In this document: positions 31,194-41,294 of the stretch, in pieces
Numbering within the stretch: the first letter of the stretch is position 1
Layout: each line of letters starts with the position of its first letter
DNA from: a virus
Reading direction: 5' to 3' (one strand)
IMG/VR virus record: IMGVR_UViG_3300025849_002481
Coordinates: 11,721 to 75,720 of that record
DNA length: 64,000 nt
Translations under genes and position numbers: made by a program
The notes under the pieces: generated by a model
The model's input: the letters and a program-made list of their open reading frames with translations, nothing else
Told to the model about the DNA's origin: nothing
The model's database searches: none

Positions 31194-32119
31194 AAGTAGT
31201 TAGTTACTATAACGTAGTTCCGGATAAAAATAAAAGTCAAGAAAAATTTGATATATTAACTAAATTTATTAAAGGAGTTAATGCTGTTGGCGATCAAGGA
31301 ATATTACATAGAGGCTACGATCTTGTTGATGCAGATGTTGGGATAATTCAAGGTTGGCAACACGAGGTAGGTAAAAATGCACCGCATCTTAGACTACGAA
31401 AAGCAGTTATGGATTGTACAAAAAATAAACATGTATGCGCCGCTGATGCAAACTTATTTCTATATGCTAACAAAACAAATGAACCTCATCACTATTTAAG
31501 ATATAGTTTTGATGGTGTATTTCCTAATACTGGAAAATATTTTGATAACAATCCTGATCCTAAAAGATGGCAACAGATATCTAAAGATACTGGCATACAA
31601 TTAGAGTCAATGAAAAGAACTGGAAAGAATATTCTTATATGTGCCCAGCGAAATCAAGGTTGGAGTATGGGAAGTCTTAATCTACAAAAATGGATACTTA
31701 AGACATGCGGTCTTATAAGAAAATATAGTGACCGTCCTATTGTAATAAGATTACATCCAAAAGATAATGCATCAAATAGAAAAGCACCAGAATTACAGCA
31801 GGCATTGTTTATGGTTCCAAATAGTTCATTAAGCCGCACTAACACTTTAGAACAAGATTTAAATGACTGTTGGGCTGTGGTAAATCATAATAGTAGTAGT
31901 GTAGTTGGTCCAATAATAAAAGGGTATTCTTCATTTATTACAGACCCTGCAACTAGTCAATGTGCCGAAGTATCTCACCAAGGATTTGCTGATATTGAAT
32001 CTCCTAAAGAGTTTGATAGACAAAAATGGTTAGAACGTATTAGTATGTTTCATTGGAAGTTTACAGAGTTAGAAGACGGTACAGCTTGGAGACATATGCG
32101 GCAATATGTTAATTCCTAA
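31190..32119 (+). CDS. KpsS/KpsC-like glycosyltransferase
   Basis: ILICAQR, IRLHP, NHNSS; paralogous to 26705 and 33529. Confidence 0.55.
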   Translation: MKVVSYYNVVPDKNKSQEKFDILTKFIKGVNAVGDQGILHRGYDLVDADVGIIQGWQHEVGKNAPHLRLRKAVMDCTKNKHVCAADANLFLYANKTNEPHHYLRYSFDGVFPNTGKYFDNNPDPKRWQQISKDTGIQLESMKRTGKNILICAQRNQGWSMGSLNLQKWILKTCGLIRKYSDRPIVIRLHPKDNASNRKAPELQQALFMVPNSSLSRTNTLEQDLNDCWAVVNHNSSSVVGPIIKGYSSFITDPATSQCAEVSHQGFADIESPKEFDRQKWLERISMFHWKFTELEDGTAWRHMRQYVNS

Positions 32120-32645
32120 TTACACCCCATATATGTTTAGAGTCGGTTGTAACAATTTCAACGTCAATATTATCTGCAATTAGTTCTTTAACAAATTTGT
32201 TAACGCCTGTAATTTTTACATCATCAAATACAATAAGTTTACTATCTTTAACTTGTTCGTAATCGTGTTTTACAGTTTCGTAACTGTGCCCACCGTCGAT
32301 ATAAACAAAATCAAATACTGTAGACTTTAGTGTATCAGTAGTAAATCCCTTCATTAATTTATATTCTAAATTAGTATGCTTACGTTTCATTTTTCTAAAG
32401 TTTTGTTCTGCTACTGATATTAATGCAGGTGCTTTTCCGTTACGTTCTCTTTTATGAAAGGCTAAATCTGGAACATTGCCGTCAAATATATCGTAACCGT
32501 GATAGGTTAATTTTGGTACTCTTGGTGCAAATAAGTCAATAAACTGGTTTGCTGTTCCGCCTTTGTGTGTGCCAATTTCTCCGATAAATGAACACTTAGC
32601 ATCACCAATAATATTTTCCATCGTTGTAAATAAAAATGGTTTCAT
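32109..32645 (-). CDS. SAM-dependent methyltransferase (Methyltransf_24-like)
   Basis: EIGTHKG, FDFVYIDGGHSYETVKHD, FDD. Confidence 0.85.
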   Translation of the reverse strand: MKPFLFTTMENIIGDAKCSFIGEIGTHKGGTANQFIDLFAPRVPKLTYHGYDIFDGNVPDLAFHKRERNGKAPALISVAEQNFRKMKRKHTNLEYKLMKGFTTDTLKSTVFDFVYIDGGHSYETVKHDYEQVKDSKLIVFDDVKITGVNKFVKELIADNIDVEIVTTDSKHIWGVIRN

Positions 32646-33487
32646 TAACTTTTCCAATAACTTTCTGTACGATTAACCATAATATCTTTAGCGTCAGACT
32701 TGCCTTTATCCTTACGGCCGCCTTTCATATGATCAATCCATGCACCTAGCTTAGTGTTAATTAGAGGATGTCCTCCTCCACCTGTCTTAGCTTCTTTTAA
32801 ATACATTTCTGCTGAGTAATCAAGCACATTAGGTGCAGTCTGTTTCATATTGTTAAGTATGTGTCCAAACACAAAACTATCGTGCCATTCTTCTAATTTA
32901 AATATACCATTGTCAGCATCTTCATACATACGTTCAAACTCTGCTAAAAAGTCTTGACACCACGGGTCTTTTAGATTTAATCCGTAGAAGCCACACTCAG
33001 GCCACGTCTGTGATCCTTTACCTCTACCTACATATGTGATCCAACTAGTGTTAGGCAATAGCTCTGCAAAGTCTTCATATGCCCAATCACTATGTACAAA
33101 TGTATCTGCATCCATCCACACACACCAGTCCTTAGAACGTGTACAAGCGTCATACACAGCATATGTCTTGTTAGCAAAGCGTACAGCGTCCCATTTAAAC
33201 GCTTTATCCCAATCTTTACGTCTACGCTTAATGTCATCTGGCGGAATGCCGTTTGCTTTAGGGTCGTCTTTCCAGCGTTCTTTAAATGCATTTAATTTTG
33301 GTAACACTTGCTTTGCATCTAATATTTCTATTCTTGTAGGATCTGGATTAATAGGTTTACAATCTTCAGCGTATACTAAAAGTTTGATGCGTTTGTCTAC
33401 CCTAGTAGAAAAGCTATCTAAAAATCGTTGTCCGTATTTTACCAATCCTGCTGGATGAAATGTTGTAACCACTGTTATTGCCGGCAT
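32645..33487 (-). CDS. GT-A nucleotide-diphospho-sugar transferase
   Basis: WMDADT DxD motif, ECGF, WHDSFVF, DHMKG. Confidence 0.7.
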   Translation of the reverse strand: MPAITVVTTFHPAGLVKYGQRFLDSFSTRVDKRIKLLVYAEDCKPINPDPTRIEILDAKQVLPKLNAFKERWKDDPKANGIPPDDIKRRRKDWDKAFKWDAVRFANKTYAVYDACTRSKDWCVWMDADTFVHSDWAYEDFAELLPNTSWITYVGRGKGSQTWPECGFYGLNLKDPWCQDFLAEFERMYEDADNGIFKLEEWHDSFVFGHILNNMKQTAPNVLDYSAEMYLKEAKTGGGGHPLINTKLGAWIDHMKGGRKDKGKSDAKDIMVNRTESYWKS

Positions 33488-33528
33488 TGTCTCTCCTTGG
33501 CTATATACTGTATGAAAGTATTTAACTT

Positions 33529-34362
33529 ATGAAGTTTAGTTTATGGACAGATTATGGCGCACTTAATAGTAGAGAAGTTTTTGATGCCTTTGCTAACAGC
33601 CTTGTGGTGGCTGGGCATACTGTTGTTTACAACGATCCTGTTTGTGATGTTGATGTTATTTGGAGCGTTCTTTGGAATGGTAGAATGGCTAGAAACGAAA
33701 GTATCTGGAATAACGATAGACCGACAATAGTATTAGAAGTAGGCGGGATCAAACGTGGAACAACATGGAAGGTAGGATTAAATGGAATTAACAGAGACGG
33801 TAATTTTGGCCGTACTAATAATAGCGATAGCCGTGTCCGTCTATTGGGACTCAAAGTAAAGCCTTGGCGTTATGACGGAGAATATATTCTTATCGCAGGA
33901 CAACACGATAAAAGTTTACAATGGCAAGATATGCCATCAATGTCAAATTGGGTAAACAATACTATAACATTCATAAGAGCGCAAACAGAACGTCCTATCA
34001 TATTTAGACCACATCCTAGGTGTCCGTTGCCTGCCATAGAACATGAATTTAAGAATGTTTATAGACAAACTCCAACACACATTAAAGGATCATATGATGA
34101 CTTTGATATGAAGTTTGATAACATATGGGCAACTGTATGCTGGTCAAGTAACCCAGCAATACACAGTATAATAGAGGGTGTACCTGCATTCACTGGACCA
34201 AGTAGTTTAGCATTTGATGTAGCAGATCAAAACTTACGTAATATTGAGAATCCTCTATACTGTGACAGAACACAATGGCTAAATGACTATGCATACACTG
34301 AATGGACTGTAGAAGAAATTTCTCAAGGATTGCCACTTAAACGCTTGACATCGTTTATATAG
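33529..34362 (+). CDS. KpsS/KpsC-like glycosyltransferase
   Basis: LEVG, AGQHDKS, FRPHPR, SSNPAIHSIIEGVP. Confidence 0.55.
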   Translation: MKFSLWTDYGALNSREVFDAFANSLVVAGHTVVYNDPVCDVDVIWSVLWNGRMARNESIWNNDRPTIVLEVGGIKRGTTWKVGLNGINRDGNFGRTNNSDSRVRLLGLKVKPWRYDGEYILIAGQHDKSLQWQDMPSMSNWVNNTITFIRAQTERPIIFRPHPRCPLPAIEHEFKNVYRQTPTHIKGSYDDFDMKFDNIWATVCWSSNPAIHSIIEGVPAFTGPSSLAFDVADQNLRNIENPLYCDRTQWLNDYAYTEWTVEEISQGLPLKRLTSFI

Positions 34363-34373
34363 TATAGTATACT
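34345..34373 (+). promoter_or_regulatory. Sigma70-type promoter (leaderless geometry)
   Basis: TTGACA-17-TATACT, with ATG 6 nt downstream. Confidence 0.7.
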
Positions 34374-34379
34374 GTAAAC

Positions 34380-35609
34380 ATGGACAATATAAATTACACC
34401 ATTGAAGATAGCCTTGAATATCTAGTCGGACTACGAAAAAATGTTTCGTTCCAACTTGACTCATCTGATGTGTCTTTTTTACAGAGTATTGCTAGACAAA
34501 CTTTTAAAGGAACTGCACTTACAGATAGACAATGCAATGTTGTTAAAGAAAAACTATTAAAATACAAAGATCAATTTCTTAAAGAAGATTATAATATCGA
34601 TTATGCTTTAGATTATTTAAGAATGCCTCTTAGAGAAATTGATAGAAGTAAGTATGTTACAATTGCATATTATGCAGATGTACTGTGTATCAAAATTAGG
34701 TTTCCTTTTAGTAAAAATTTAATCTCCAAATTAGAATCAGTTACTAGACTAGTAAATCGAAATGATTACTTTCATGAAAAAGGAAGTCATGAACATTATT
34801 TTAGATTTAATGAAAGATCAATATTTGAAATAGTTTCTAAATTTCAATCTAATCAATTTGTTATTGATCAAGATATTATTGACATTTATGAAAAATTAGT
34901 AACAATGAATAATAATAAAAACGAGTATATACCAGGAGTTTACAATTTGAAATTAAAAAATTTAAGCGATATAGCAAAAAAATATATTTTTAGTAGTATC
35001 GGAGAACCTACTATTGAGAATCTAGCATTATACAAAGACAGACAACAACTATTTGGTCTACATCATTTTGATGAGAATGATCTTAATGCTAGTCTAGACA
35101 ATTTTACAACACTTTCTACAAATATTGTAAATCGTACTTCCTGTAATGTTTTTGTAAACAATACAAAATATACATTACAAAGTGTAGCAGAGTCGTTACT
35201 AGAATTAAATAGGTTTCCATTATTAGTTGTATTATCAGAAGATTCTTCACCACTTGACCAACTATACAGCGTATATCATTGTCTAAACGGATTTATTGAA
35301 AAAGGTGATTCAACAGTGCTGTTTAGACTCGACAATGATAAGAATTTTGAATTTAATAACTTTATTAAAAAATATAATTTAAATTCTCCACTTGACAAAA
35401 ATACAAAAGTAGTGTATATTAGTATTAATAACATAACAAAACCATTGCTAAAATCAGAATGGAAGGCTAGTGCAACTTTATTGATGTCTAGTCATAAGTT
35501 GATTTCAAAGGTTAAAACTTATGTTGATGAAAGTGATTTAATAATTCATTATGACGAGAACGTAAGTCAATATGCAAGATTTAACGAGGATGGAATACAA
35601 GAAGTTTAA
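34380..35609 (+). CDS. Hypothetical protein
   Basis: 409-aa ORF coupled to uvsW. Confidence 0.7.
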   Translation: MDNINYTIEDSLEYLVGLRKNVSFQLDSSDVSFLQSIARQTFKGTALTDRQCNVVKEKLLKYKDQFLKEDYNIDYALDYLRMPLREIDRSKYVTIAYYADVLCIKIRFPFSKNLISKLESVTRLVNRNDYFHEKGSHEHYFRFNERSIFEIVSKFQSNQFVIDQDIIDIYEKLVTMNNNKNEYIPGVYNLKLKNLSDIAKKYIFSSIGEPTIENLALYKDRQQLFGLHHFDENDLNASLDNFTTLSTNIVNRTSCNVFVNNTKYTLQSVAESLLELNRFPLLVVLSEDSSPLDQLYSVYHCLNGFIEKGDSTVLFRLDNDKNFEFNNFIKKYNLNSPLDKNTKVVYISINNITKPLLKSEWKASATLLMSSHKLISKVKTYVDESDLIIHYDENVSQYARFNEDGIQEV

Positions 35610-37072
35610 TGGCAAGTTGTAAACTAATAATTGAAGATGAAGTAAATATTAAGATCGAAGGTCTTGAAGTAGACGTACGAAGAAAACTTGCAAATGCTCT
35701 TAAGTTTGAAGTTCCGTATGCTCGTTACATGCCACAGTATAAACTAGGTCGCTGGGATGGCAAGGTTGCTTTCTTTGGCATAGGCGGCACTGGTTATGTT
35801 AATCACTTAGACACTGTACAACAAGTTCTTGCTAAAAATAATGTACAGATTATAGACATTGACGATAGACGTCATCCAATTAAATTAGAATTTACACCAG
35901 TAACAGAAACATATTGGAAAGACCAAGGCGTAGTATGGCCAGAAGGTCATCCAGCAGAAGGCGAAGATATTATTCTACGTGACTATCAAGTAGAAGCAAT
36001 TAATAACTTTTTAAACAATCCACAGAGCTTGCAACAAATTGCTACTGGTGCCGGTAAAACAATTACAACAGCAACGTTGTCACACCTAAGCGAGCCGTAT
36101 GGTAGGTCTCTAGTAATTGTTCCTAACAAGTCGTTAGTAGAACAAACTGAAGAGGACTATATTAACTGCGGGCTCGACGTAGGGGTATACTTTGGAGACA
36201 GAAAACAACTAGGTAAGACTCACACTATATGCACTTGGCAATCCTTAAATATTTTGGACAAGAAGCACAAGGACGGCTCGGCAGTATTAAGCCTTGCAGA
36301 ATTCCTTGAAGATGTGAGCACTATTATTGTCGATGAGGTACACCAAGCCAAAGCAGAAGTTCTTAAGAACTTGCTTACACGCAACCTACGTAATGCTCCT
36401 ATCCGTTGGGGACTAACTGGTACAGTGCCTAAAGAGAAGTTTGAGTTTGAAAGTATTCATGCATCACTAGGTCCTGTTATTGGTCAGATCAGCGCAAAAG
36501 AATTACAAGACAAAGGTGTGTTAGCAAACTGTCATGTTAATATATGTCAACTAATTGACACAGTAGCACACAGTGGTTATCAAGAAGAATTAAAATATCT
36601 TGTCAATAATAAAGATAGGGTAGAATATATAGGCAAATTATTAAACACAGTAAGTCAAGAAGGCAATACATTAATACTCGTAGATAGAATTAGTGCAGGC
36701 GAGATGTTAGCAGAGCTAATACCTAACAGTACATTTGTTAGTGGTTCAGTTAAAGTAAAAGATAGGAAAGAAACATATGATACGATTCGTGAAGGAACTA
36801 ACGAGGTTATTATCGCAACCTATGGAGTTGCTGCTGTGGGTCTTAACATTCCTCGTATCTTTAACTTGGTTCTACTCGAGCCTGGAAAAAGTTTTGTAAG
36901 AGTAATCCAATCTATCGGTAGAGGCGTAAGAAAGGCAAAGGACAAAGACTTTGTGCAAATTTGGGATATCACATCAACGTGCAAATTTGCTAAACGACAT
37001 TTAACACAACGTAAAAAATTCTATAAAGAAGCACAGTATCCGTTTACTATAGAAAAAATAGATTGGAACTAA
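35609..37072 (+). CDS. uvsW: SF2 DNA helicase UvsW
   Basis: LRDYQ, ATGAGKT, DEVH, GLTGT, QSIGRG. Confidence 0.92.
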   Translation: MASCKLIIEDEVNIKIEGLEVDVRRKLANALKFEVPYARYMPQYKLGRWDGKVAFFGIGGTGYVNHLDTVQQVLAKNNVQIIDIDDRRHPIKLEFTPVTETYWKDQGVVWPEGHPAEGEDIILRDYQVEAINNFLNNPQSLQQIATGAGKTITTATLSHLSEPYGRSLVIVPNKSLVEQTEEDYINCGLDVGVYFGDRKQLGKTHTICTWQSLNILDKKHKDGSAVLSLAEFLEDVSTIIVDEVHQAKAEVLKNLLTRNLRNAPIRWGLTGTVPKEKFEFESIHASLGPVIGQISAKELQDKGVLANCHVNICQLIDTVAHSGYQEELKYLVNNKDRVEYIGKLLNTVSQEGNTLILVDRISAGEMLAELIPNSTFVSGSVKVKDRKETYDTIREGTNEVIIATYGVAAVGLNIPRIFNLVLLEPGKSFVRVIQSIGRGVRKAKDKDFVQIWDITSTCKFAKRHLTQRKKFYKEAQYPFTIEKIDWN

Positions 37073-37076
37073 CTAT

Positions 37077-37583
37077 ATGCAAATACTAACATTAGATAAC
37101 GTTTGTTATAAATTATCAAACTTACCAGACCAAATTGACGACGAAATACATTTCAGTGTATTAGATAATAGCGATGCTAAAAATCCTGATTTCTTTTTTA
37201 TACCTTTAATCTTTATTGAATCATTTAATAGCCCGGCTATTGTAATGCAAATTAACGGCAAAGAAATAATGATGCCAGTAGATTGGTGCATGGCTGTGGG
37301 AGATAGTACTAGTGGAAATGATTTAGAAATACTTCCATTAACATCAATTAACGATAGAGGGTTTGAGGCATTTCTCTTTAATCCGTTATCAAGTTATAAA
37401 TTTGATTTTGGCGATATACAAATTACAAATTTTTACAATGACGTAAAATGGTATTTCCCTAAAATGAAAAACGGACAATTATTAAGTGTACCAATAGAGG
37501 ACGGACCTAAACCTCTATGTGCATACTTTGTTAAAGATATTAGTAGACAGAGTGAAGTAATAGATTATACTAATTTGCTGTAA
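37077..37583 (+). CDS. Hypothetical protein
   Basis: 168-aa ORF in the operon. Confidence 0.7.
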   Translation: MQILTLDNVCYKLSNLPDQIDDEIHFSVLDNSDAKNPDFFFIPLIFIESFNSPAIVMQINGKEIMMPVDWCMAVGDSTSGNDLEILPLTSINDRGFEAFLFNPLSSYKFDFGDIQITNFYNDVKWYFPKMKNGQLLSVPIEDGPKPLCAYFVKDISRQSEVIDYTNLL

Positions 37584-37594
37584 AGGAGAACAAC

Positions 37595-37954
37595 ATGGGA
37601 ATTAAAGCAGGTAAAATTTGGGGGGCCACAGAGCTTATCCATGCGAACGGTGTATTAGAATTTCATCGTATCGAATATAAAGCAGGATACAAATGCTCAG
37701 AGCATGAGCATCAATTTAAATGGAACGGATTCTTTGTTGAATCAGGCAAGATGCTTGTCCGTGTTTGGCAAGATGATCAAGGATTAGTTGATGAAACTAT
37801 CCTTGAAGCAGGGGACTTTACACAGGTAAAACCCGGAAAAATTCACCAGTTCGAAGGTTTAGAAGACGGTGTCGCTTTTGAATTATACTGGGCCGAATTT
37901 AATCATGACGACATTGTTCGTCGAACATCAGGCACCGCAACAGGAAAGAAGTAA
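37595..37954 (+). CDS. Cupin-fold protein
   Basis: K.WG, CSEH.H..K, GDF..V.PG..HQF. Confidence 0.8.
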   Translation: MGIKAGKIWGATELIHANGVLEFHRIEYKAGYKCSEHEHQFKWNGFFVESGKMLVRVWQDDQGLVDETILEAGDFTQVKPGKIHQFEGLEDGVAFELYWAEFNHDDIVRRTSGTATGKK

Positions 37955-37957
37955 GAA

Positions 37958-38566
37958 ATGTTTAAAAACATCGATAAAAAGATGATGCTAAAACTTGCAC
38001 TATTGCACGTTGTAGTAATCACAATCAGTAACGCACTAGTTGCGATTCCAGTAGAAATTGCTGGGTATAAGTTGACCTGGGCAGCGTTTACGTTCCCATT
38101 GGTTATTCTAGCAACTGACTTAACAGTTAGAATGTTAGGTAAGAATATTGCTCGAGCAACCATTGCCGCAGCATATCCAATTGCAATTATTACAAGTATT
38201 GCAGTAGTACTAGCAGAAGGTGCACCAGAGAGTGTAGCAATGCGTATTGGATTTGCAAGTGCAACAGCATATGCTGTGGGTACGTTTATTGACGTATATG
38301 TGTTCCAAGCAATTAGAGAGCGTATGAATGTATGGTGGTTAGCACCTGCATTGTCAACAATCGTTGCAAACGTAATTGACAGTTACACGTTCTTTGCAGT
38401 TGCATTCAACAACAGCGCCGATGAGTATATGGCCGCTAACTGGGTTGAAATTGCAGGTTCACAAGCCGTACTAAAAATTGTAGTAGGATTAATTATCTTC
38501 CTACCAGCATACGGGTTATTACTACGTTACATCAAAGGACGTACAAATGACACAGAAACGGGGTAA
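37958..38566 (+). CDS. yhhQ: Queuosine precursor (preQ0/preQ1) transporter, YhhQ/Vut_1 family
   Basis: Hydrophobic; SN.LV..P, TWAAFTFP...LATDLTVR, DVYVF, PAYG. Confidence 0.85.
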   Translation: MFKNIDKKMMLKLALLHVVVITISNALVAIPVEIAGYKLTWAAFTFPLVILATDLTVRMLGKNIARATIAAAYPIAIITSIAVVLAEGAPESVAMRIGFASATAYAVGTFIDVYVFQAIRERMNVWWLAPALSTIVANVIDSYTFFAVAFNNSADEYMAANWVEIAGSQAVLKIVVGLIIFLPAYGLLLRYIKGRTNDTETG

Positions 38567-38831
38567 ATTACTACCCGGAGAAGCAATGATATATGAGCGT
38601 AGCGATGGAGTCGTCTACGCTCATTATCGAGACAAGCCTGAGATCGAACGCTGGATTGTAGGCGGCGACCCAGGAGGAGTAGCAAGAGCTAACGGAGACT
38701 TAATAAGCTATAGTGAATGGCGAGAGTTATGTGAGTTAAGTGAAAAGTATCCAACACTAAAAAAATTATTGGATACATTAGTAACAACTTATTATACAAT
38801 CAAGGAGCATAAAAATGATAAGACAAATTGA
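38547..38831 (+). CDS. Hypothetical protein
   Basis: 94-aa ORF, IYER..G.VYA motif. Confidence 0.65.
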   Translation: MTQKRGKLLPGEAMIYERSDGVVYAHYRDKPEIERWIVGGDPGGVARANGDLISYSEWRELCELSEKYPTLKKLLDTLVTTYYTIKEHKNDKTN

Positions 38832-39432
38832 AGGCTATCCTGTAAGCATTAATAAATTACAAGAAGACGATTTAAAAAAATTACAAGATCATTATTTGCC
38901 TTTGATATTAAACAATGAAGACGATAGCTGTGAAGGATCATCGTCTAGTATTTCTAAGAATGCATCACAAAGATGGGGAGACGCAGAGTTTTTTAACTTG
39001 TTAAATGAAACTATTTTACCAGGACCTTATATACAATCTTACTTAGATGCTTACATGTTTAGCTTTCCATATGAAGTTTTTATAGACTCTTGGTACAATG
39101 TTCATTATAAACACGATCATCAGCAATTGCATAATCATATAACAACAAATGTTCCTGCTTTTTCATGTGTAGTTGTTTTAAAACAACCAAATCCTGATGC
39201 AGGGCAATTTGTATTTAGGACACCAAACTTATCAAATCATTTAAAATACCTAGAATTAGATCCAGTAGATCAATATCCAAATGTATATAAACCTCATATG
39301 GAAGATGGTTTAATAATTATATTTCCTTCTTGTCTAGAACATTATGTATATTATAATAGGACCGATGAAGCAAGAGTTGTATTTGCTTCAAACATTAGAT
39401 TAGAAAGAGAGAGATCAAAATGCGAATTATAG
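38815..39432 (+). CDS. 2OG-Fe(II) oxygenase-like protein
   Basis: W.N, QQLHNH, IIFPS.LEH.V, R....SN. Confidence 0.75.
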   Translation: MIRQIEGYPVSINKLQEDDLKKLQDHYLPLILNNEDDSCEGSSSSISKNASQRWGDAEFFNLLNETILPGPYIQSYLDAYMFSFPYEVFIDSWYNVHYKHDHQQLHNHITTNVPAFSCVVVLKQPNPDAGQFVFRTPNLSNHLKYLELDPVDQYPNVYKPHMEDGLIIIFPSCLEHYVYYNRTDEARVVFASNIRLERERSKCEL

Positions 39433-40193
39433 CAGGACCATGTCAACACGAGTCATACAGCCAAAGTTTAGAAATTGCTAAAGAGTGCAAACGTGTATGT
39501 GACAAGTATGATATTGAATACGTATTTAAAGCAAGTTACGATAAAGCCAACCGTTCAAGTATGCAAGGCAAACGTGGCCTGGGCATGGAAGCTACACTCA
39601 CAGACTTTTTAGCATTAAAAGTAGAACTAGGCGTAAAGACACTAACTGATGTACACGACTATGTACAGATTGCACGTATCGAAAGAGAGTTTAAGGATGC
39701 AGTTGACGTCTATCAGATTCCTGCATTTTTATGTAGACAGACTGACTTGATCCAAGCAGCTTGTGCTACAGACAAAATAGTAAATATAAAGAAGGGACAG
39801 TTTATGGCACCTTGGGATATGAAAGGTGTGCTAAGTAAATGTGAAGGCGCTAAAGACGTCTGGATAACTGAAAGGGGAACAAGTTTTGGCTACAACACTC
39901 TTGTCGTTGACTATACTGGTCTTATGTATATGCTCGACAATTATGAACATGATATTGTTTTTGATTGTACACACTCTGCCCAAAAACCCGGCGGACAAGG
40001 TACTAGTTCAGGTGGTAATAGGGATTACGTGCCTGGGTTGGCTCGTAGTGGGTCTGCTCTTGGGATCCGGAACTTTTTCTTGGAAGTCCATCCTGACCCT
40101 GATGTAGCACCAAGTGATGGTCCTAACATGCTTAAACTAGAAGACTTTGAAAGGACTGTAGATGACATCCACCGCTATTCTTATACCAGCTAG
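39420..40193 (+). CDS. kdsA: KDO-8-phosphate synthase
   Basis: IAGPC, KASYDKANRSS, QIPAFLCRQTDL, KKGQF, ERG, D.THS, SDGPN. Confidence 0.95.
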   Translation: MRIIAGPCQHESYSQSLEIAKECKRVCDKYDIEYVFKASYDKANRSSMQGKRGLGMEATLTDFLALKVELGVKTLTDVHDYVQIARIEREFKDAVDVYQIPAFLCRQTDLIQAACATDKIVNIKKGQFMAPWDMKGVLSKCEGAKDVWITERGTSFGYNTLVVDYTGLMYMLDNYEHDIVFDCTHSAQKPGGQGTSSGGNRDYVPGLARSGSALGIRNFFLEVHPDPDVAPSDGPNMLKLEDFERTVDDIHRYSYTS

Positions 40194-40866
40194 ATATAAC
40201 AGCACACGCTTCCCTGGAAAGCCGTTGGCTATGTTGGACAACGTTCCTATGATAAAACGTGTGTATGACGCTTGTATTGCGTTTAAACTACCAACATACG
40301 TGCTTACTGATGACATGCGTATCTTTAATTTGTTTGGTCCTAGAGCATGTTGGATTGATCAAGAGCAAGAATACAACAACGGTACAGAACGATGTGCAGG
40401 CGCTGTTGCTAATGATATGTTTACAAAGTATTGCGGCCATTATGATCAGTTCATTAATGTACAAGGTGATATGCCCGATGTAACAATGGAGATGATCGAG
40501 AAATGTATTGAACAGTTATCATACAATTCATCAGTAAGTACAGTATACACAGATATGCCCAAAGAGATGCAAGACGATCCAAACTCTGTTAAAATGATAA
40601 GTGCATACCCAAGTAAAGCATTATGGTTTGGCAGAGGACTTACTGGCTATGGTGAATGGCACTTAGGTGTGTATGGATACAAGCGTCACGCACTATTAGC
40701 CTACCCTAGTTTAAAAGTTACCCAAGAAGAAACTATTGAGCAACTCGAACAACTACGCTGGTTAAAAAGTGGTTGGCAAATAGGATGTAGTAGTGTATAC
40801 TATAATGGAGTAGAGATAAATTCACCCGAGGACGTAGATACATGGCACAACAAAAACTTCCAATAA
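40162..40866 (+). CDS. kdsB: CMP-KDO synthetase
   Basis: IPARYNSTRFPGKPL, GTER, NVQGD.P, HLGVYGY, EQLEQLR. Confidence 0.93.
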   Translation: MTSTAILIPARYNSTRFPGKPLAMLDNVPMIKRVYDACIAFKLPTYVLTDDMRIFNLFGPRACWIDQEQEYNNGTERCAGAVANDMFTKYCGHYDQFINVQGDMPDVTMEMIEKCIEQLSYNSSVSTVYTDMPKEMQDDPNSVKMISAYPSKALWFGRGLTGYGEWHLGVYGYKRHALLAYPSLKVTQEETIEQLEQLRWLKSGWQIGCSSVYYNGVEINSPEDVDTWHNKNFQ

Positions 40867-41294
40867 AAGACATACTTGCGGCTATTGATATGGGAGCAAG
40901 TAATGTATGGGACGAACTTAGTGACGAAGAACGTAAACAAGTTAGCTTTTGGTTACTTAATAGATATATCTCTAGTGTTAAAGGCAGTCGCGATAAACAA
41001 GAGCTTGCTATTTTTAAAACAAACGAATACTATAATAAAAACTGGAATGTATTAGCAACAAGACACCCTAAGCTACAATGGCAATTATTGTGCCAAGCAG
41101 GTAATACAGGAAAGATTGAATATCATCAATGGATTGGTTTAAAAAAGAAAACAGGTAACACTAAAGTATTATCCTTACTTGAAAAAATATATCCTAACAT
41201 GAAACAAGATGAGGTTGAATTACTTGCTGAACTATCTACAAAAAAAGAACTCAAACAATTGGCTGAGGAACATAACATTGAAGTCAAGCTCTGA
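40842..41294 (+). CDS. Clamp-loader small subunit (gp62-like)
   Basis: Pattern LNRYIS...N...H.KLQW.LL...W...KK resembles gp62. Confidence 0.5.
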   Translation: MAQQKLPIKDILAAIDMGASNVWDELSDEERKQVSFWLLNRYISSVKGSRDKQELAIFKTNEYYNKNWNVLATRHPKLQWQLLCQAGNTGKIEYHQWIGLKKKTGNTKVLSLLEKIYPNMKQDEVELLAELSTKKELKQLAEEHNIEVKL

